Shown: piece after piece, positions 43,909 through 54,195 of the stretch
Layout: each line of letters opens with the position of its first letter
Position numbering within the stretch: position 1 is the first letter of the stretch
NCBI GenBank assembly: GCA_052389275.1
Contig: JBQTID010000004.1
Coordinates: 581 to 64,580 of the forward strand
Direction of reading: 5' to 3'
DNA length: 64,000 nucleotides
Source of the DNA: Gemmatimonadota bacterium
Lineage (GTDB): Bacteria > Gemmatimonadota > Gemmatimonadetes > Longimicrobiales > RSA9
Translations under genes and position numbers: made by a program
Notes under the pieces: model-generated
What the model saw: the letters and a program-made list of their open reading frames with translations, nothing else
Database searches by the model: none
What the model was told of the DNA's origin: nothing

Positions 43909-44232
43909 ATGCCTACGTATGAATACCGGTGCGCGAAAGGCCACGAATTCGAGGTCTTTCAGCGCATGAATGAGCCGCCCGTCGAGAAGTGCATTCATTG
44001 CGACGCTGTGGCCGAAAGGCTGCTGAGCGCGGGCTCCGGTCTCATTTTCAAGGGCTCGGGCTTCTATATAACGGATTACGCTCGCAGCGACAGCTACAAG
44101 AAGGCCGCTGAAACCGAGAAGGGTGGCTCTACGCCGCCGGCGCCGGCAACGCCGGCGAGCTCACCAACCCCCGCGAAGCCGGCCGATTCCGGTACTTCCA
44201 ACAAGTCATCCGGCTCGACCGGTACTGCGTGA
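43909..44232 (+). CDS. FmdB-family zinc-ribbon protein
   Basis: MPTYEYRCAKGHEFEVFQRMNEPPVEKCIHCDA...GSGFYITDY (CxxC...CxxC zinc-ribbon pattern) with a low-complexity tail. Confidence 0.8.
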   Translation: MPTYEYRCAKGHEFEVFQRMNEPPVEKCIHCDAVAERLLSAGSGLIFKGSGFYITDYARSDSYKKAAETEKGGSTPPAPATPASSPTPAKPADSGTSNKSSGSTGTA

Positions 44233-45926
44233 TGGCTTCCGTTCCGGTCGCAGAACAGCTCGAGCGTATCGTGCAATCGTTCGGGCTCGAGGACAGCGTG
44301 GCGGTACAACTCGAGCGCCCGCGCAATCCGGAACATGGTGACCTTTCGACCAATCTTGCACTCATGCTGGCGAAGCGTGTGGGTGAAAAGCCGCAGGCGG
44401 TGGCACGCACGATCATCGATCGTCTCGACCTGGTTGCCGCGGGTCTGAGCGGCGCCGAAATCGCCGGCCCCGGCTTCATCAACTTCCGTTTCGCGCACCA
44501 CAGCATACAGGCAAATCTGGTCGAGATTATGGATGCCGGCGTGCGCTTCGGGCGTGCGGAGCTGCCCGAACAACGTCGCATTCAGATCGAATTCGTGTCG
44601 GCGAATCCGACCGGACCACTGCATGTCGCTCATGGGCGCGGTGCCGCACTCGGCGATGGCATGGCGAGCCTGCTGGATTGGACTGGTTACGACGTGCAGC
44701 GCGAGTTTTACGTGAACGATGCTGGCGTGCAAATGGAGCGGCTCGGCGAGTCACTGGAAGCGCGCTGGCGGGAGACGCGCGGCGAGAGCGTAGAGATTCC
44801 TGGGGGCGGCTATCACGGCGCCTATCTGGTCGATCTTGCGAAGCAGGTCAATGCGGAACACGGCGACCAGCTTGCGGCCATGCAGCAGCGTGAGCGCGTT
44901 GCATTTCTGCGCCAGTGGGGCGCACGCATGCTGCGCGAGCGCCAGGAGCGTGACCTGCGCGACTTTGGTGTGGTATTCGACGAGTTCTATTCAGAGCTCA
45001 GTTTGTACGAGCAGGACAAGGTCAAGGAGACGCTGGCGGCACTGATCGAGCGCGGCGTGACCTACGAATCGGAAGGCGCCACCTGGCTGCGCACCACTAC
45101 GTTCGGTGACGACAAGGACCGTGTCATCGTGAAGAGCGATGGTACGTATACGTACTTCCTGCCAGACCTCGCGTATCATCGTGACAAGGCGCGGCGTGGC
45201 TTCGACCACGTCATCGATATCTGGGGTGCCGACCATCACGGCTACGCGCCTCGCATGAAGGCGGGTCTTGCCGCACTGGGTTATCCGGATTTTCTGGACG
45301 CCGAAATAGTGCAAATGGTTCGCATCGTGCGTGGCGGCGGCGAGCTGAAGATGAGCAAGCGGTCCGGCGAGTTCATCACTCTGCGCGAGCTGTTCGAGGA
45401 GACGGGCGCGGATGTAGCGCGCTATTTCTTCCTGATGCGCCGCGGTGATGCGCAGATGCTGTTCGACCTGGACCTCGCGCTAGATCACTCCGAGAAGAAC
45501 CCGGTTTACAAGATTCAATATGCGCATGCGCGCATGATGAGCATTTTCCGGAAGGCCGGAGTCGACCCGGATGACAGCGCAGCCGCCGGCACCGCGCTCG
45601 AGCGATTGAATCATCCGAGCGAGATCGAGCTGATCAAGCAGCTGTATGTCTTTCCGAACCTGGTCGCGCGCGCGGCCGACGCGCGAGCGCCGCACATCGT
45701 CTGCGAGTATCTCGAGACGACCGCCGGTATGGTGAACTCGTGGTACCACGCCGGTAATCCGAGCCGCAATCCGGAGCTTGCGGTGCTGGTGAGCGATTCG
45801 GAGCTGCGCGCGGCGCGTCTGGCTCTCGCCAAAGCGATTCGCATCGTTCTGCAAAACGGCCTTGCATTGCTCGGGCTCAGCGCACCCGACCGCATGCAGC
45901 GCGAGTCCGACGAACAAACGAATTGA
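44229..45926 (+). CDS. argS: arginine--tRNA ligase
   Basis: 565 aa. FVSANPTGPLHVAHGRGAALGD (HIGH-type motif), a KMSKRSG-type motif (LKMSKRSGEF), and a C-terminal anticodon-binding DALR-like region. Confidence 0.95.
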   Translation: MMASVPVAEQLERIVQSFGLEDSVAVQLERPRNPEHGDLSTNLALMLAKRVGEKPQAVARTIIDRLDLVAAGLSGAEIAGPGFINFRFAHHSIQANLVEIMDAGVRFGRAELPEQRRIQIEFVSANPTGPLHVAHGRGAALGDGMASLLDWTGYDVQREFYVNDAGVQMERLGESLEARWRETRGESVEIPGGGYHGAYLVDLAKQVNAEHGDQLAAMQQRERVAFLRQWGARMLRERQERDLRDFGVVFDEFYSELSLYEQDKVKETLAALIERGVTYESEGATWLRTTTFGDDKDRVIVKSDGTYTYFLPDLAYHRDKARRGFDHVIDIWGADHHGYAPRMKAGLAALGYPDFLDAEIVQMVRIVRGGGELKMSKRSGEFITLRELFEETGADVARYFFLMRRGDAQMLFDLDLALDHSEKNPVYKIQYAHARMMSIFRKAGVDPDDSAAAGTALERLNHPSEIELIKQLYVFPNLVARAADARAPHIVCEYLETTAGMVNSWYHAGNPSRNPELAVLVSDSELRAARLALAKAIRIVLQNGLALLGLSAPDRMQRESDEQTN

Positions 45927-45936
45927 CGGGGATTCG

Positions 45937-46872
45937 ATGAGCTTACTGGTAGTTGGCAGTGTAGCGCTCGACACGATCGAGACGCCTTTCGGCGTGGCGA
46001 CCGATGTGTTGGGTGGATCTGCTACCTTTTTCAGCGCTGCGGCGTCGCTGTTCTGCAAGGTGCAACTAGTCGGCGTGGTCGGCTCCGACTATCCGACCAC
46101 TGATCTTCAGTTCCTGGCGCAGCGTGGCGTGGATCTGACCGGGCTCGAACAGGTCGAAGGCGAGAGCTTCCGCTGGGGGGGTGTTTACAGCTTCGACCTG
46201 AATTCGCGTGAAACCCGCGAGACGCGGCTCGGTGTGTTTGCGGATTTCAGGCCGCGCATCCCCGACAGCTTCAGAGATGCGGAATGGGTGTTTCTTGGAA
46301 ACATCGACCCGGATCTTCAGCACGAAGTACTCGATCAGGTGCGGGCCCCCCAGCTGGTCGCATGCGACACCATGAATTACTGGATTTCCGGACCGAAGCG
46401 CGATTCGTTGATCAGTCTGCTGAGGCGGGTCGATCTGCTGCTCGTCAACGATACCGAAGCGCGCGAGCTGTCCGGTGATTACAATCTCCTGCGCGCCGCT
46501 CGCTGGATTCATCGGCAGGGTCCGAAGCTGGTGATCGTGAAGAAAGGCGAGCATGGCGCGATTCTGTACTGCAACGACTTCATTTTCTTCGCGCCCGGCT
46601 ATCCGCTCGAGGAAGTCTTCGACCCCACCGGTGCCGGCGACGCATTCGCTGGCGGCTTCATGGGCTACCTCGCGCGCGCCAGGACCATGGATGCGGCGCA
46701 TCTCAGGCGCGCGATGGTCTATGGCTCCACACTCGGCAGTTTCGCGGTAGAGAAGTTCAGCGTCGACCGACTCCGCGATCTGACATCCGATGAGGTTCAG
46801 GATCGCGTTGCAAGCTTCCGCGATCTCACCGCATTCGATCACATCGGCTTTGTCGCGCTGGACGCGCAATGA
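45937..46872 (+). CDS. PfkB-family carbohydrate/nucleoside kinase
   Basis: ORF 45862..46872. ATG at 45937 gives MSLLVVGSVALDTIETPFG. C-terminal DPTGAGDAFAGGF is the PfkB signature. Confidence 0.8.
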   Translation: MSLLVVGSVALDTIETPFGVATDVLGGSATFFSAAASLFCKVQLVGVVGSDYPTTDLQFLAQRGVDLTGLEQVEGESFRWGGVYSFDLNSRETRETRLGVFADFRPRIPDSFRDAEWVFLGNIDPDLQHEVLDQVRAPQLVACDTMNYWISGPKRDSLISLLRRVDLLLVNDTEARELSGDYNLLRAARWIHRQGPKLVIVKKGEHGAILYCNDFIFFAPGYPLEEVFDPTGAGDAFAGGFMGYLARARTMDAAHLRRAMVYGSTLGSFAVEKFSVDRLRDLTSDEVQDRVASFRDLTAFDHIGFVALDAQ

Positions 46873-46879
46873 GATCGCC

Positions 46880-47914
46880 ATGAGCTCGCCTACGACGTAC
46901 CGCGACGCGGGTGTCGATCGTGATGTGGCGCGGGTTACCAAGCATCGCATCCTCGATCTCGTGAAGAGCACCGCCACCGCGCACGTGGTCGCAAATCCAG
47001 GCGGTTTCGGCGCCCTCTTTCGCGTGCCGCAGGACATGAAAGAGCCGCTGCTGGTTTCGAGCGCGGATGGCGTGGGCACGAAGCTGAAGGTCGCCATGAT
47101 GAGTGGCCGCCACGCCACGATCGGTCACGACCTGGTGAACCACTGCGTCAATGACATTCTGGTCGAAGGCGCCCGCCCGCTTTTCTTTCTCGACTACGTC
47201 GGTATGGGTGCGCTCGAGACGGGCACAGCGGAGCAGATCGTAGCGGGCATTGCGGCCGGCTGCATCGAGAATGGCTGTGCGCTGGTCGGCGGCGAAACCG
47301 CCGAGTTGCCCGACTTCTACGATCCCGGCGAGTACGACCTCGCGGGCTTCATCGTTGGAGCAGTGGAGGCGCACGACCGGCTGGGGTCGCACCGAGTGCA
47401 AAGCGGCGACGTGCTGTTGGGTCTCGCGGCGAACGGGTTTCACACGAATGGCTACTCGCTGGTCCGCAAAGTCCTGTTCGAGAAATTGGCGTTGTCGGTC
47501 GCCGACAACTATCCAGGCAGTTCGGAAGTCATTGGCGACGTCCTGCTGCGCGTCCATCGCAGCTATCTGGGGTCGCTGAAGCCGCTGCTGCCCGAAGCCG
47601 GGCTACATGCGCTTGCGCACATCACGGGTGGCGGCATTCCGGAAAATCTCGACCGGGTTATTCCGCAAGGACTCTGTGCGCGCGTGCGGCGCTCGGCCTG
47701 GACAGTGCCGCAGGAATTTGTTGCGATCCAGGATGCCGGTAGCGTTCCTAGCGAAGACATGGAACGTACGTTCAACATGGGTATAGGAATGGTAGCGGTT
47801 GTCGCGGCAGACGCGGTCGAGCTGATCACTGCGCGTTTGACCGCAGCCGGCGAGCAGGTTTACACGATCGGCGAAATAATCAAAGGCGAGGAGCCGGTGA
47901 GGATGGAAGCTTGA
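46880..47914 (+). CDS. purM: phosphoribosylformylglycinamidine cyclo-ligase (AIR synthetase)
   Basis: ORF 46790..47914. ATG at 46880. YRDAGVD, SSADGVGTKLK, GHDLVNHCVNDILVEGARPLFFLDY, GGETAE. Confidence 0.95.
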   Translation: MSSPTTYRDAGVDRDVARVTKHRILDLVKSTATAHVVANPGGFGALFRVPQDMKEPLLVSSADGVGTKLKVAMMSGRHATIGHDLVNHCVNDILVEGARPLFFLDYVGMGALETGTAEQIVAGIAAGCIENGCALVGGETAELPDFYDPGEYDLAGFIVGAVEAHDRLGSHRVQSGDVLLGLAANGFHTNGYSLVRKVLFEKLALSVADNYPGSSEVIGDVLLRVHRSYLGSLKPLLPEAGLHALAHITGGGIPENLDRVIPQGLCARVRRSAWTVPQEFVAIQDAGSVPSEDMERTFNMGIGMVAVVAADAVELITARLTAAGEQVYTIGEIIKGEEPVRMEA

Positions 47915-48849
47915 AGACGTGGCTCGTTGTCGGGTGCGCATTGCTGATCTGTGCAATTCCGGCCCGCGCACAGGATTGCTGGATTACCGCCGGTACGGAT
48001 GCGAATGCACGCTACTGTAATGCGGTAGCGCAGGCGGCCACGATAGCTCAGCCGACGATCGGTCTTGCTTTCACGGCCGGCAATCCAGTTCCCGGTGCAA
48101 GCAGTACGCTGGGCATGCGCATCGGCAAGATTCCACGCATTACGGTCGCCGGCCGTATCTCAGGCGCGTTCATGAATCTGCCGAAGGTTCAGACCGCCAC
48201 TTCGAGCGGCAGCGACAAAAGCCTTGCGCGCACACTCAACGTGGATGCCGCGGTTGGCATTCTCAGCGGCTGGTCTCTGGCTCCAACCATCGGCGGGTTC
48301 GGTTCGCTGGATCTGATTGCGAGCGCAGGCAAGCTGAGCCTGCCGGATGAGTTCAGCGAGACGCCATCCAGCTGGGCGGTCGGCGCGCGCCTCGGAATCC
48401 TGCGAGAGTCATTCACCGCGCCAGGCATTTCAATAACGGGTATGTACCGGCGGATCGGCGATGTTCAATACGGAGAAAGCTCGACCAGTGACGTCACATT
48501 CACGTTACAGGACAATTCCGCACTCAGTGTTCGCGCGATTGCCGGCAAGCGGCTTTTCGTGGTTGGCGCGAATGTCGGGCTAGGCTATGACCGTTTTTCG
48601 AGCGAGGCACAAGCGCGTCGTCATGACATTCCGACCGACGACGTTCTGCGCCCGCCCCATGACCTCGATGCAAATCGCTACACGGCCTTCGGTAATCTCA
48701 CCTGGACCATGCTCATCCTCAACGCGGTAATCGAAGGCGGCTATCAGCGCGGTGGTGACGAGTTTACTGCACCCCTGCCGGCCGGACACCAAAGCAGGAC
48801 TCAGAACAGCACGTACTACGGAAGCCTGGCAATTCGTCTGGCTCTTTGA
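47911..48849 (+). CDS. hypothetical secreted / outer-membrane protein
   Basis: 312 aa with signal peptide MKTWLVVGCALLICAIPARAQ. Alternating beta-strand-like composition. No family recognised. Confidence 0.45.
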   Translation: MKTWLVVGCALLICAIPARAQDCWITAGTDANARYCNAVAQAATIAQPTIGLAFTAGNPVPGASSTLGMRIGKIPRITVAGRISGAFMNLPKVQTATSSGSDKSLARTLNVDAAVGILSGWSLAPTIGGFGSLDLIASAGKLSLPDEFSETPSSWAVGARLGILRESFTAPGISITGMYRRIGDVQYGESSTSDVTFTLQDNSALSVRAIAGKRLFVVGANVGLGYDRFSSEAQARRHDIPTDDVLRPPHDLDANRYTAFGNLTWTMLILNAVIEGGYQRGGDEFTAPLPAGHQSRTQNSTYYGSLAIRLAL

Positions 48850-48861
48850 GCGGGAGACCTC

Positions 48862-49953
48862 ATGAGCGACCACGCGCGCCACCTGCGTAGCGCGCTCGAG
48901 CTGGCTGAGCGCGGCTGGGGTCGCGTGCATCCCAATCCGCTGGTAGGCGCGCTCGTGGTTCGTGACGGCGTTGTGGTCGGCACAGGGTGTCATCGTGAGT
49001 TCGGTGGCGCGCATGCCGAGGTCGAAGCGCTCACGCAGGCTGGCGAAGCCGCGCGCGGTGCCACCCTCTACGTCACACTCGAGCCGTGCTGTCATCACGG
49101 CAAGACGCCGCCATGCACGCACGCAATTATTCGCTCAGGCATCGCGACTGTCGTCTTCGGTACGGCTGACCCGCATCCGCAGGCGGGCGGTGGCGCGGAT
49201 GTGTTGCGGCGCGCCGGCATCAATGTGGTGGGTGGCGTGGAGAGCGAGGCGGTGCGCCAGCAGAACGCGCTCTTCTTTCACACGCTCGAGCAGCCGGCTC
49301 CATTCGTCGCGCTGAAGCTCGCCATGTCGCTGGACGCACGCATCGCGGGCGCACCGGGCGAGCGAACCAGGATCACAGCCGACGAAGCCGACCGTGAAGT
49401 ACACCGCCTCAGAAGCGGTTTCGATGCCATTCTGATCGGCAGCAACACCGCACGTATCGACGATCCGCTGCTGACGGTGCGTTACGCGCCGGCTTCGATT
49501 CGGCCGCCTATTCGGATTGTACTCGACTCGAAAGCAACGCTCTCCACCAAGAGCGCCTTGCTGCGGACCGTGGCGGAAGCGCCGGTATGGGTGGTCTGCG
49601 GAACCGGCGCGTCGGTCTCGCGCGTTGCAGATCTTGAGCGAGCGGGCGCGCGTCCGATCGTGGTGCACAGCCGCAAACGGCGGGTCCCGATCGGGATGCT
49701 TCTGGAGCGCCTGAAGGCAGAGGGGGTTGGTACGATCCTCTGCGAGGGCGGCGCCACAGTCGCCGCCGCGCTGCTGGATGCGAACGCGGTCGACCGGCTC
49801 TACGCGTTTATTGCGCCGGTTTTGCTTGGCGAGGGGGGCGTCGCCGCGTTCCCGGTTTCGAATCCGCTGAAATCCGGCTCATGGCGCGCGTCGCGAATTG
49901 CGCAACTCGGCAATGACGCGCTACTAATGTTCGACAAATGTTTACCGGATTAA
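48862..49953 (+). CDS. ribD: bifunctional riboflavin biosynthesis deaminase/reductase
   Basis: HPNPLVGALVV, HAEVEAL, TLEPCCHHGKTPPC (CMP/dCMP deaminase zinc motif), plus the C-terminal RibD reductase domain. Confidence 0.9.
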   Translation: MSDHARHLRSALELAERGWGRVHPNPLVGALVVRDGVVVGTGCHREFGGAHAEVEALTQAGEAARGATLYVTLEPCCHHGKTPPCTHAIIRSGIATVVFGTADPHPQAGGGADVLRRAGINVVGGVESEAVRQQNALFFHTLEQPAPFVALKLAMSLDARIAGAPGERTRITADEADREVHRLRSGFDAILIGSNTARIDDPLLTVRYAPASIRPPIRIVLDSKATLSTKSALLRTVAEAPVWVVCGTGASVSRVADLERAGARPIVVHSRKRRVPIGMLLERLKAEGVGTILCEGGATVAAALLDANAVDRLYAFIAPVLLGEGGVAAFPVSNPLKSGSWRASRIAQLGNDALLMFDKCLPD

Positions 49954-50555
49954 TCGAAGAGGTCGGGACGGTCCAGGCGATCCACGCGGTCGAGGCGATC
50001 CAGGCGGACCGTGCACTGCGAATCGAGATCAGCGCTGCTCGAGTTCTCGAGAACCTCCGCATTGGCGACTCGATTGCCGTCAACGGCGTGTGTCAGACGG
50101 TAATCGTGTTGAATGATCGCGGCTTTGGTGTCGAAGCCATGGCACCGACGCTGGCACGCACCACGCTCGGTGAACTGGAGCAAGGGTCGCGCGTCAATCT
50201 CGAGCGCGCGCTCGCATTCGGCTCACGCGTGGGCGGTCACCTGGTACAGGGACACGTGGACGGTGTTGGCACGATCGAAAAGATCGAGCGGGTCGGCGAG
50301 CACGTTGTGCTGGATCTAGCTGTTCCCGAGGATGTGGCGGAGGTGACGGTGCTGCACGGCTCGATCGCGATCGACGGCGTGAGTTTGACCGTGAACGAGA
50401 TTCCGTATGAAGGCGTGGTGCAGGTGGCGTTGATTCCGCACACCTGGGCACACACCAGCCTTTCCGGCCTCGCCGCAGGCAGCAGTGTGAATCTCGAGGG
50501 TGACATGATCGGCAAATTCGTCATCGCATACCTTAGGAAAGCAAATGCCATTTGA
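49938..50555 (+). CDS. ribE: riboflavin synthase alpha chain
   Basis: [25 protein letters not shown] and the second lumazine-binding repeat [12 protein letters not shown]. Confidence 0.9.
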   Translation: MFTGLIEEVGTVQAIHAVEAIQADRALRIEISAARVLENLRIGDSIAVNGVCQTVIVLNDRGFGVEAMAPTLARTTLGELEQGSRVNLERALAFGSRVGGHLVQGHVDGVGTIEKIERVGEHVVLDLAVPEDVAEVTVLHGSIAIDGVSLTVNEIPYEGVVQVALIPHTWAHTSLSGLAAGSSVNLEGDMIGKFVIAYLRKANAI

Positions 50556-51768
50556 TCGCGTAGAAGACGCCATAGAAGACATTCGGCAAGGCAAGCTGGT
50601 CATTGTCGCCGACGACGAGGATCGTGAGAACGAAGGCGATCTGGTCGGCGCTGCTGCTGCCGTCTCTCCCGAGATGATCAACTTCATGGCCGTGCATGGG
50701 CGCGGCTTGATCTGCGTGCCGCTGAGCGCGGAGCGCGCGGATGCGCTCGGCCTGTCTCAGATGACGGAGCAGAACCAGGATTACATGGGCACTGCGTTCA
50801 CGATCTCCGTGGATGCGCATTCCAAGTTCGGCGTTACGACGGGTATCAGCGTGTACGATCGCGCGAAGACCATTCAACTGCTGGTCGACCACAACACAAA
50901 AGCCACCGATCTGCGACGGCCGGGGCACGTTTTTCCGCTCAGAGCCGTTCCGGGCGGCGTGCTGCGCCGTGTCGGCCAGACGGAAGCGTCCGTTGATCTA
51001 GCGCGCCTGGCCGGCTTACCGCCGGTCGGCGTCATCTGCGAGATTCTCAATGCCGATGGCACCATGGCGCGCCGGCCGCAGCTCGAGAAGTTCGCGGCGG
51101 AGCACGAGCTGCGCTTCATCACCGTCGCGCAAATCGTAGCGTATCGGCTGAAGCACGAGCGGCTGGTAAAACGGGTAGCCGAAGCGCGTCTGCCGACGCC
51201 GTACGGTGATTTCAATCTCATTGCGTTCGAGAACCAGATCGATCACCGCGAGCACGTCGCGCTCGTGAAGGGCGATATCGCGGGGCAGAAGAACGTACTG
51301 GTGCGCATGCACTCGGAGTGCCTGACTGGCGACATCTTCCACTCGCAGCGCTGCGATTGCGGCGAGCAGCTGCACGCCGCCATGCGTAGAATCGACGAGG
51401 AGGAACTCGGCGCCGTCATCTACCTGCGCCAGGAGGGGCGTGGTATCGGTCTGCTCAACAAGGTGCGCGCGTATGCGCTCCAGGATGCCGGTCAGGATAC
51501 GGTTGAAGCCAATGCGTCGCTCGGCTTCAAGCCGGACCTGCGCGACTACGGTGTCGGCGCGCAAATCCTGCTCGACCTCGGCCTTTCATCGATCCGTCTG
51601 CTGACGAACAATCCGAGGAAAATTGTCGGGCTGGAAGGCTACGGGCTGAAGATAACCGGTCGCGAGCCCATTCAAATCGTGGCGACTCCCCACAACCGCG
51701 GCTATCTGCATACCAAGCGTGAAAAGCTTGGTCATCTGCTTCCCGAAAATCTCCCGCTGCCTGGCTAA
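50545..51768 (+). CDS. ribBA: bifunctional 3,4-dihydroxy-2-butanone-4-phosphate synthase / GTP cyclohydrolase II
   Basis: [55 protein letters not shown]. Confidence 0.9.
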   Translation: MPFDRVEDAIEDIRQGKLVIVADDEDRENEGDLVGAAAAVSPEMINFMAVHGRGLICVPLSAERADALGLSQMTEQNQDYMGTAFTISVDAHSKFGVTTGISVYDRAKTIQLLVDHNTKATDLRRPGHVFPLRAVPGGVLRRVGQTEASVDLARLAGLPPVGVICEILNADGTMARRPQLEKFAAEHELRFITVAQIVAYRLKHERLVKRVAEARLPTPYGDFNLIAFENQIDHREHVALVKGDIAGQKNVLVRMHSECLTGDIFHSQRCDCGEQLHAAMRRIDEEELGAVIYLRQEGRGIGLLNKVRAYALQDAGQDTVEANASLGFKPDLRDYGVGAQILLDLGLSSIRLLTNNPRKIVGLEGYGLKITGREPIQIVATPHNRGYLHTKREKLGHLLPENLPLPG

Positions 51769-52241
51769 TGGGCGAGCACCGAGGTCAGGCCGCAGCAAGC
51801 GGCCGGCGTTTTGCCATTGTGACCAGCCGGTTCAACGCGCACGTAACGGATCGTCTGCTCGCAGGTGCGCGCGCGTGTCTCGAAGAGCACGGCGCCCGCG
51901 CTGACGACGTGGACATCTTCTCGGTGCCGGGCGCGTGGGAATTGTCGGTCGCGGCCTTGCACGCCGCGCGTTCGGGTTACGCGGCAGTGATCGCGATCGG
52001 TTGCGTGATTCGCGGTGATACGCCGCACTTCGATTATGTCGCGGCTGGCGCCGCGCACGGTCTGGCCAAAGTTGGTGTCGAGACGGGTGTGCCGGTGGTG
52101 TTCGGAGTGCTGACCACCGACAATGTCGAGCAGGCTCTCGAGCGCGCTGGTGGCAAGGCAGGGAATAAGGGATGGGAAGCAGCGTTGACCGCACTGGAAA
52201 TGGCGGATTTGATCGAACGGATGACCATTGAGAGCACGTAG
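51768..52241 (+). CDS. ribH: 6,7-dimethyl-8-ribityllumazine synthase
   Basis: FAIVTSRFNAHVTDRLLAGA, VPGAWELSVAA, IGCVIRGDTPHFDYVA. Confidence 0.9.
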   Translation: MGEHRGQAAASGRRFAIVTSRFNAHVTDRLLAGARACLEEHGARADDVDIFSVPGAWELSVAALHAARSGYAAVIAIGCVIRGDTPHFDYVAAGAAHGLAKVGVETGVPVVFGVLTTDNVEQALERAGGKAGNKGWEAALTALEMADLIERMTIEST

Positions 52242-52656
52242 CAAAGCGCGCGGCTGGGCGCTTCAGGTGTTGTACGCGTGGGAATCACGTGGACACGAGC
52301 TGTCGCCGACCGCGATACTCAACGATTTCGAGACGGAACGCTCGATCGCTGAAGACAGTCGCGATTACATGCGTGAGCTGGTGAAAGACGTCGCCGAAAA
52401 CCGTGAGAAGATCGACCGCGAGCTGGAACATTCGTTGACGAACTGGCGGCTGGAGCGGCTCTCGGTCATCGACCGAAATATTCTGCGGCTGGCAGCAGCA
52501 GAAATGCTGTACGGGGACGATGTACCGCCGGCTGTCGCGATTCAGGAGGCGATCGTGCTGGCCGAAAAATACGGCACGCATGAAAGCCCGCGTTTTGTTA
52601 ATGGCGTACTCGACGCATTGAAGAAGTCGATCGAGCCAGGGAGCTCATCTGACTAG
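52228..52656 (+). CDS. nusB: transcription antitermination factor NusB
   Basis: RSKARGWALQVLYAWE, LERLSVIDRNILRLAAAEML, VAIQEAIVLAEKYG...RFVNGVLD. Confidence 0.9.
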   Translation: MRARSKARGWALQVLYAWESRGHELSPTAILNDFETERSIAEDSRDYMRELVKDVAENREKIDRELEHSLTNWRLERLSVIDRNILRLAAAEMLYGDDVPPAVAIQEAIVLAEKYGTHESPRFVNGVLDALKKSIEPGSSSD

Positions 52657-52704
52657 TCTGCGCGCGGCCTGTGGCCGCAAGCGCCCTTCACCTACCGAGC
52701 GACC

Positions 52705-53829
52705 TTGAAGCTTCTGGTCGCGAATTGGCAGGACCGACTCAATCCACAGGCGGGTGGCGCCGAAATCCACCTCCACGAAGTTTTTGGTCGCCTGGCCGGG
52801 CGCGGGCATCGGGTTACGCTGCTGGTATCATCATGGCAGGGCGCGGAAGCACGCCTGGCCCTGGACGGCATGGACGTGCATCGGGTCGGTGGCCGCTATA
52901 CCTTTAACCTGGCCGCTCCCGGCTACTACCGTCGTCACCTTCGGAACCTGGGGTTCGACCTCTTTGTAGAGGATCTGAACAAGGTGCCACTGTTCGCACC
53001 TTACTGGGCGCGAGAGCCCGTCACCCTGGTCGTGCACCATCTATTCGGCGCGACCGCGTTTCAGGAGGCAGCGCTTCCTCTGGCAGCCGCAACCTGGCTC
53101 CTCGAGAAACCCATCCCGCTGGCGTACCGCGGCGTTGCAACGGTCGCCGTGTCGGAGAGCACCGCGCAGGACCTGGTCCAACGCGGCTTCAAGCGTGACC
53201 ACATCGAAGTGATCCCGAACGGCGTGGATTTGAGTTTTTACGCACCGTCCCCAAGCTCGCCCAAGTCGCCGGATCCGCTGGTGCTGTATCTCGGCCGCCT
53301 GAAGCGCTACAAGCGCGTGGATTTGGTCATACGCGCATTTTCCAGTGTAGTGGCGGCAACCCCCCGCGCCCGCCTGATTATTGCGGGGCAAGGCGACGCG
53401 CGCCCCGCACTCGAGCAGCTGGTGTCACGGCTCGGGTTGGAGCGCAGCGTCGAGTTCGCGGGCTTCGTGTCGGAGGAGCAGAAGGCCAACTTGTTCCGCC
53501 ACGCGTGGGTTCACGTCCTCACATCGTCGAAAGAAGGATGGGGCATCACGAACATCGAAGCCGCCGCCTGCGGCACGCCGACCATCGCGAGCGATGTTGC
53601 CGGGCTGCGCGATTCGATTCAGGACGGAGTCACTGGATTCCTGGTTCCACACGGCGACATTGCCGTTCTCGTTTCACGTCTCAAGGATGTTATTGGCAAT
53701 CCCGAGCTGCGCGCGCGGCTGAGCGCACAGGCGATACTGTTTGCGCGTCAATTCGCTTGGGACACCACCGCCGAGCGCATGGAAAGGTTTCTCCGGAGTG
53801 CAGTCACCGACTCTAAACGTGGGGGTTAA
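52705..53829 (+). CDS. GT4-family (GT-B fold) glycosyltransferase
   Basis: MKLLVANWQDRLNPQAGGAEIHLHEV... and the C-terminal E(x7)E-type region VLTSSKEGWGITNIEAAACGTPTIASDVAGLRDSIQDGVTGFLV. Confidence 0.8.
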   Translation: MKLLVANWQDRLNPQAGGAEIHLHEVFGRLAGRGHRVTLLVSSWQGAEARLALDGMDVHRVGGRYTFNLAAPGYYRRHLRNLGFDLFVEDLNKVPLFAPYWAREPVTLVVHHLFGATAFQEAALPLAAATWLLEKPIPLAYRGVATVAVSESTAQDLVQRGFKRDHIEVIPNGVDLSFYAPSPSSPKSPDPLVLYLGRLKRYKRVDLVIRAFSSVVAATPRARLIIAGQGDARPALEQLVSRLGLERSVEFAGFVSEEQKANLFRHAWVHVLTSSKEGWGITNIEAAACGTPTIASDVAGLRDSIQDGVTGFLVPHGDIAVLVSRLKDVIGNPELRARLSAQAILFARQFAWDTTAERMERFLRSAVTDSKRGG

Positions 53830-53832
53830 ATC

Positions 53833-54195
53833 ATGCAGGTGAACATTACCGCACGTCATTGCAGAGTTCCCGAGAAGGTCCGAGTTGAGGCCCAGGAGCG
53901 CGTTCAGCGCCTGCACCGATACGAGCCACGGTTGGGCAACGTGGTCGTTGAATTCGACACCGATCACGGTGACAAGAAAGTCGAGACGCGCATCTATCTC
54001 GCCGGGGGCCACAGCATTGTAGCGCATGGCAATGGCGAGACATTCAGGACCGCACTCGATCAATCGCTCGGCCGCCTGACCAGGCAGCTGAAGCGGCGGC
54101 GCGAGCGCGTGCGCGAGCATAAGAGCGTGAAACTGGCGGAGGTTCACGCATTCGCTTCCGGGAGAGTCGCGGTAAGTGAAAACACTGACGATTGA
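53833..54195 (+). CDS. hpf: ribosome hibernation promoting factor (short HPF/RaiA family)
   Basis: MQVNITARHCRVPEKVRVEAQERVQRL...VETRIYLAGGHSIVAHGNGETFRTALDQSLGRLTRQLKRRRER. Confidence 0.8.
   Translation: MQVNITARHCRVPEKVRVEAQERVQRLHRYEPRLGNVVVEFDTDHGDKKVETRIYLAGGHSIVAHGNGETFRTALDQSLGRLTRQLKRRRERVREHKSVKLAEVHAFASGRVAVSENTDD

Noticed and set aside
48850-48861. Looked for an FMN riboswitch upstream of ribD, a SAM riboswitch upstream of metK (59481-59524), and a cobalamin riboswitch near the mutase gene.
   Set aside because: The spacers are only 12 nt and 44 nt, and the mutase start overlaps the preceding gene. There is no room for these aptamers and no conserved cores were seen.
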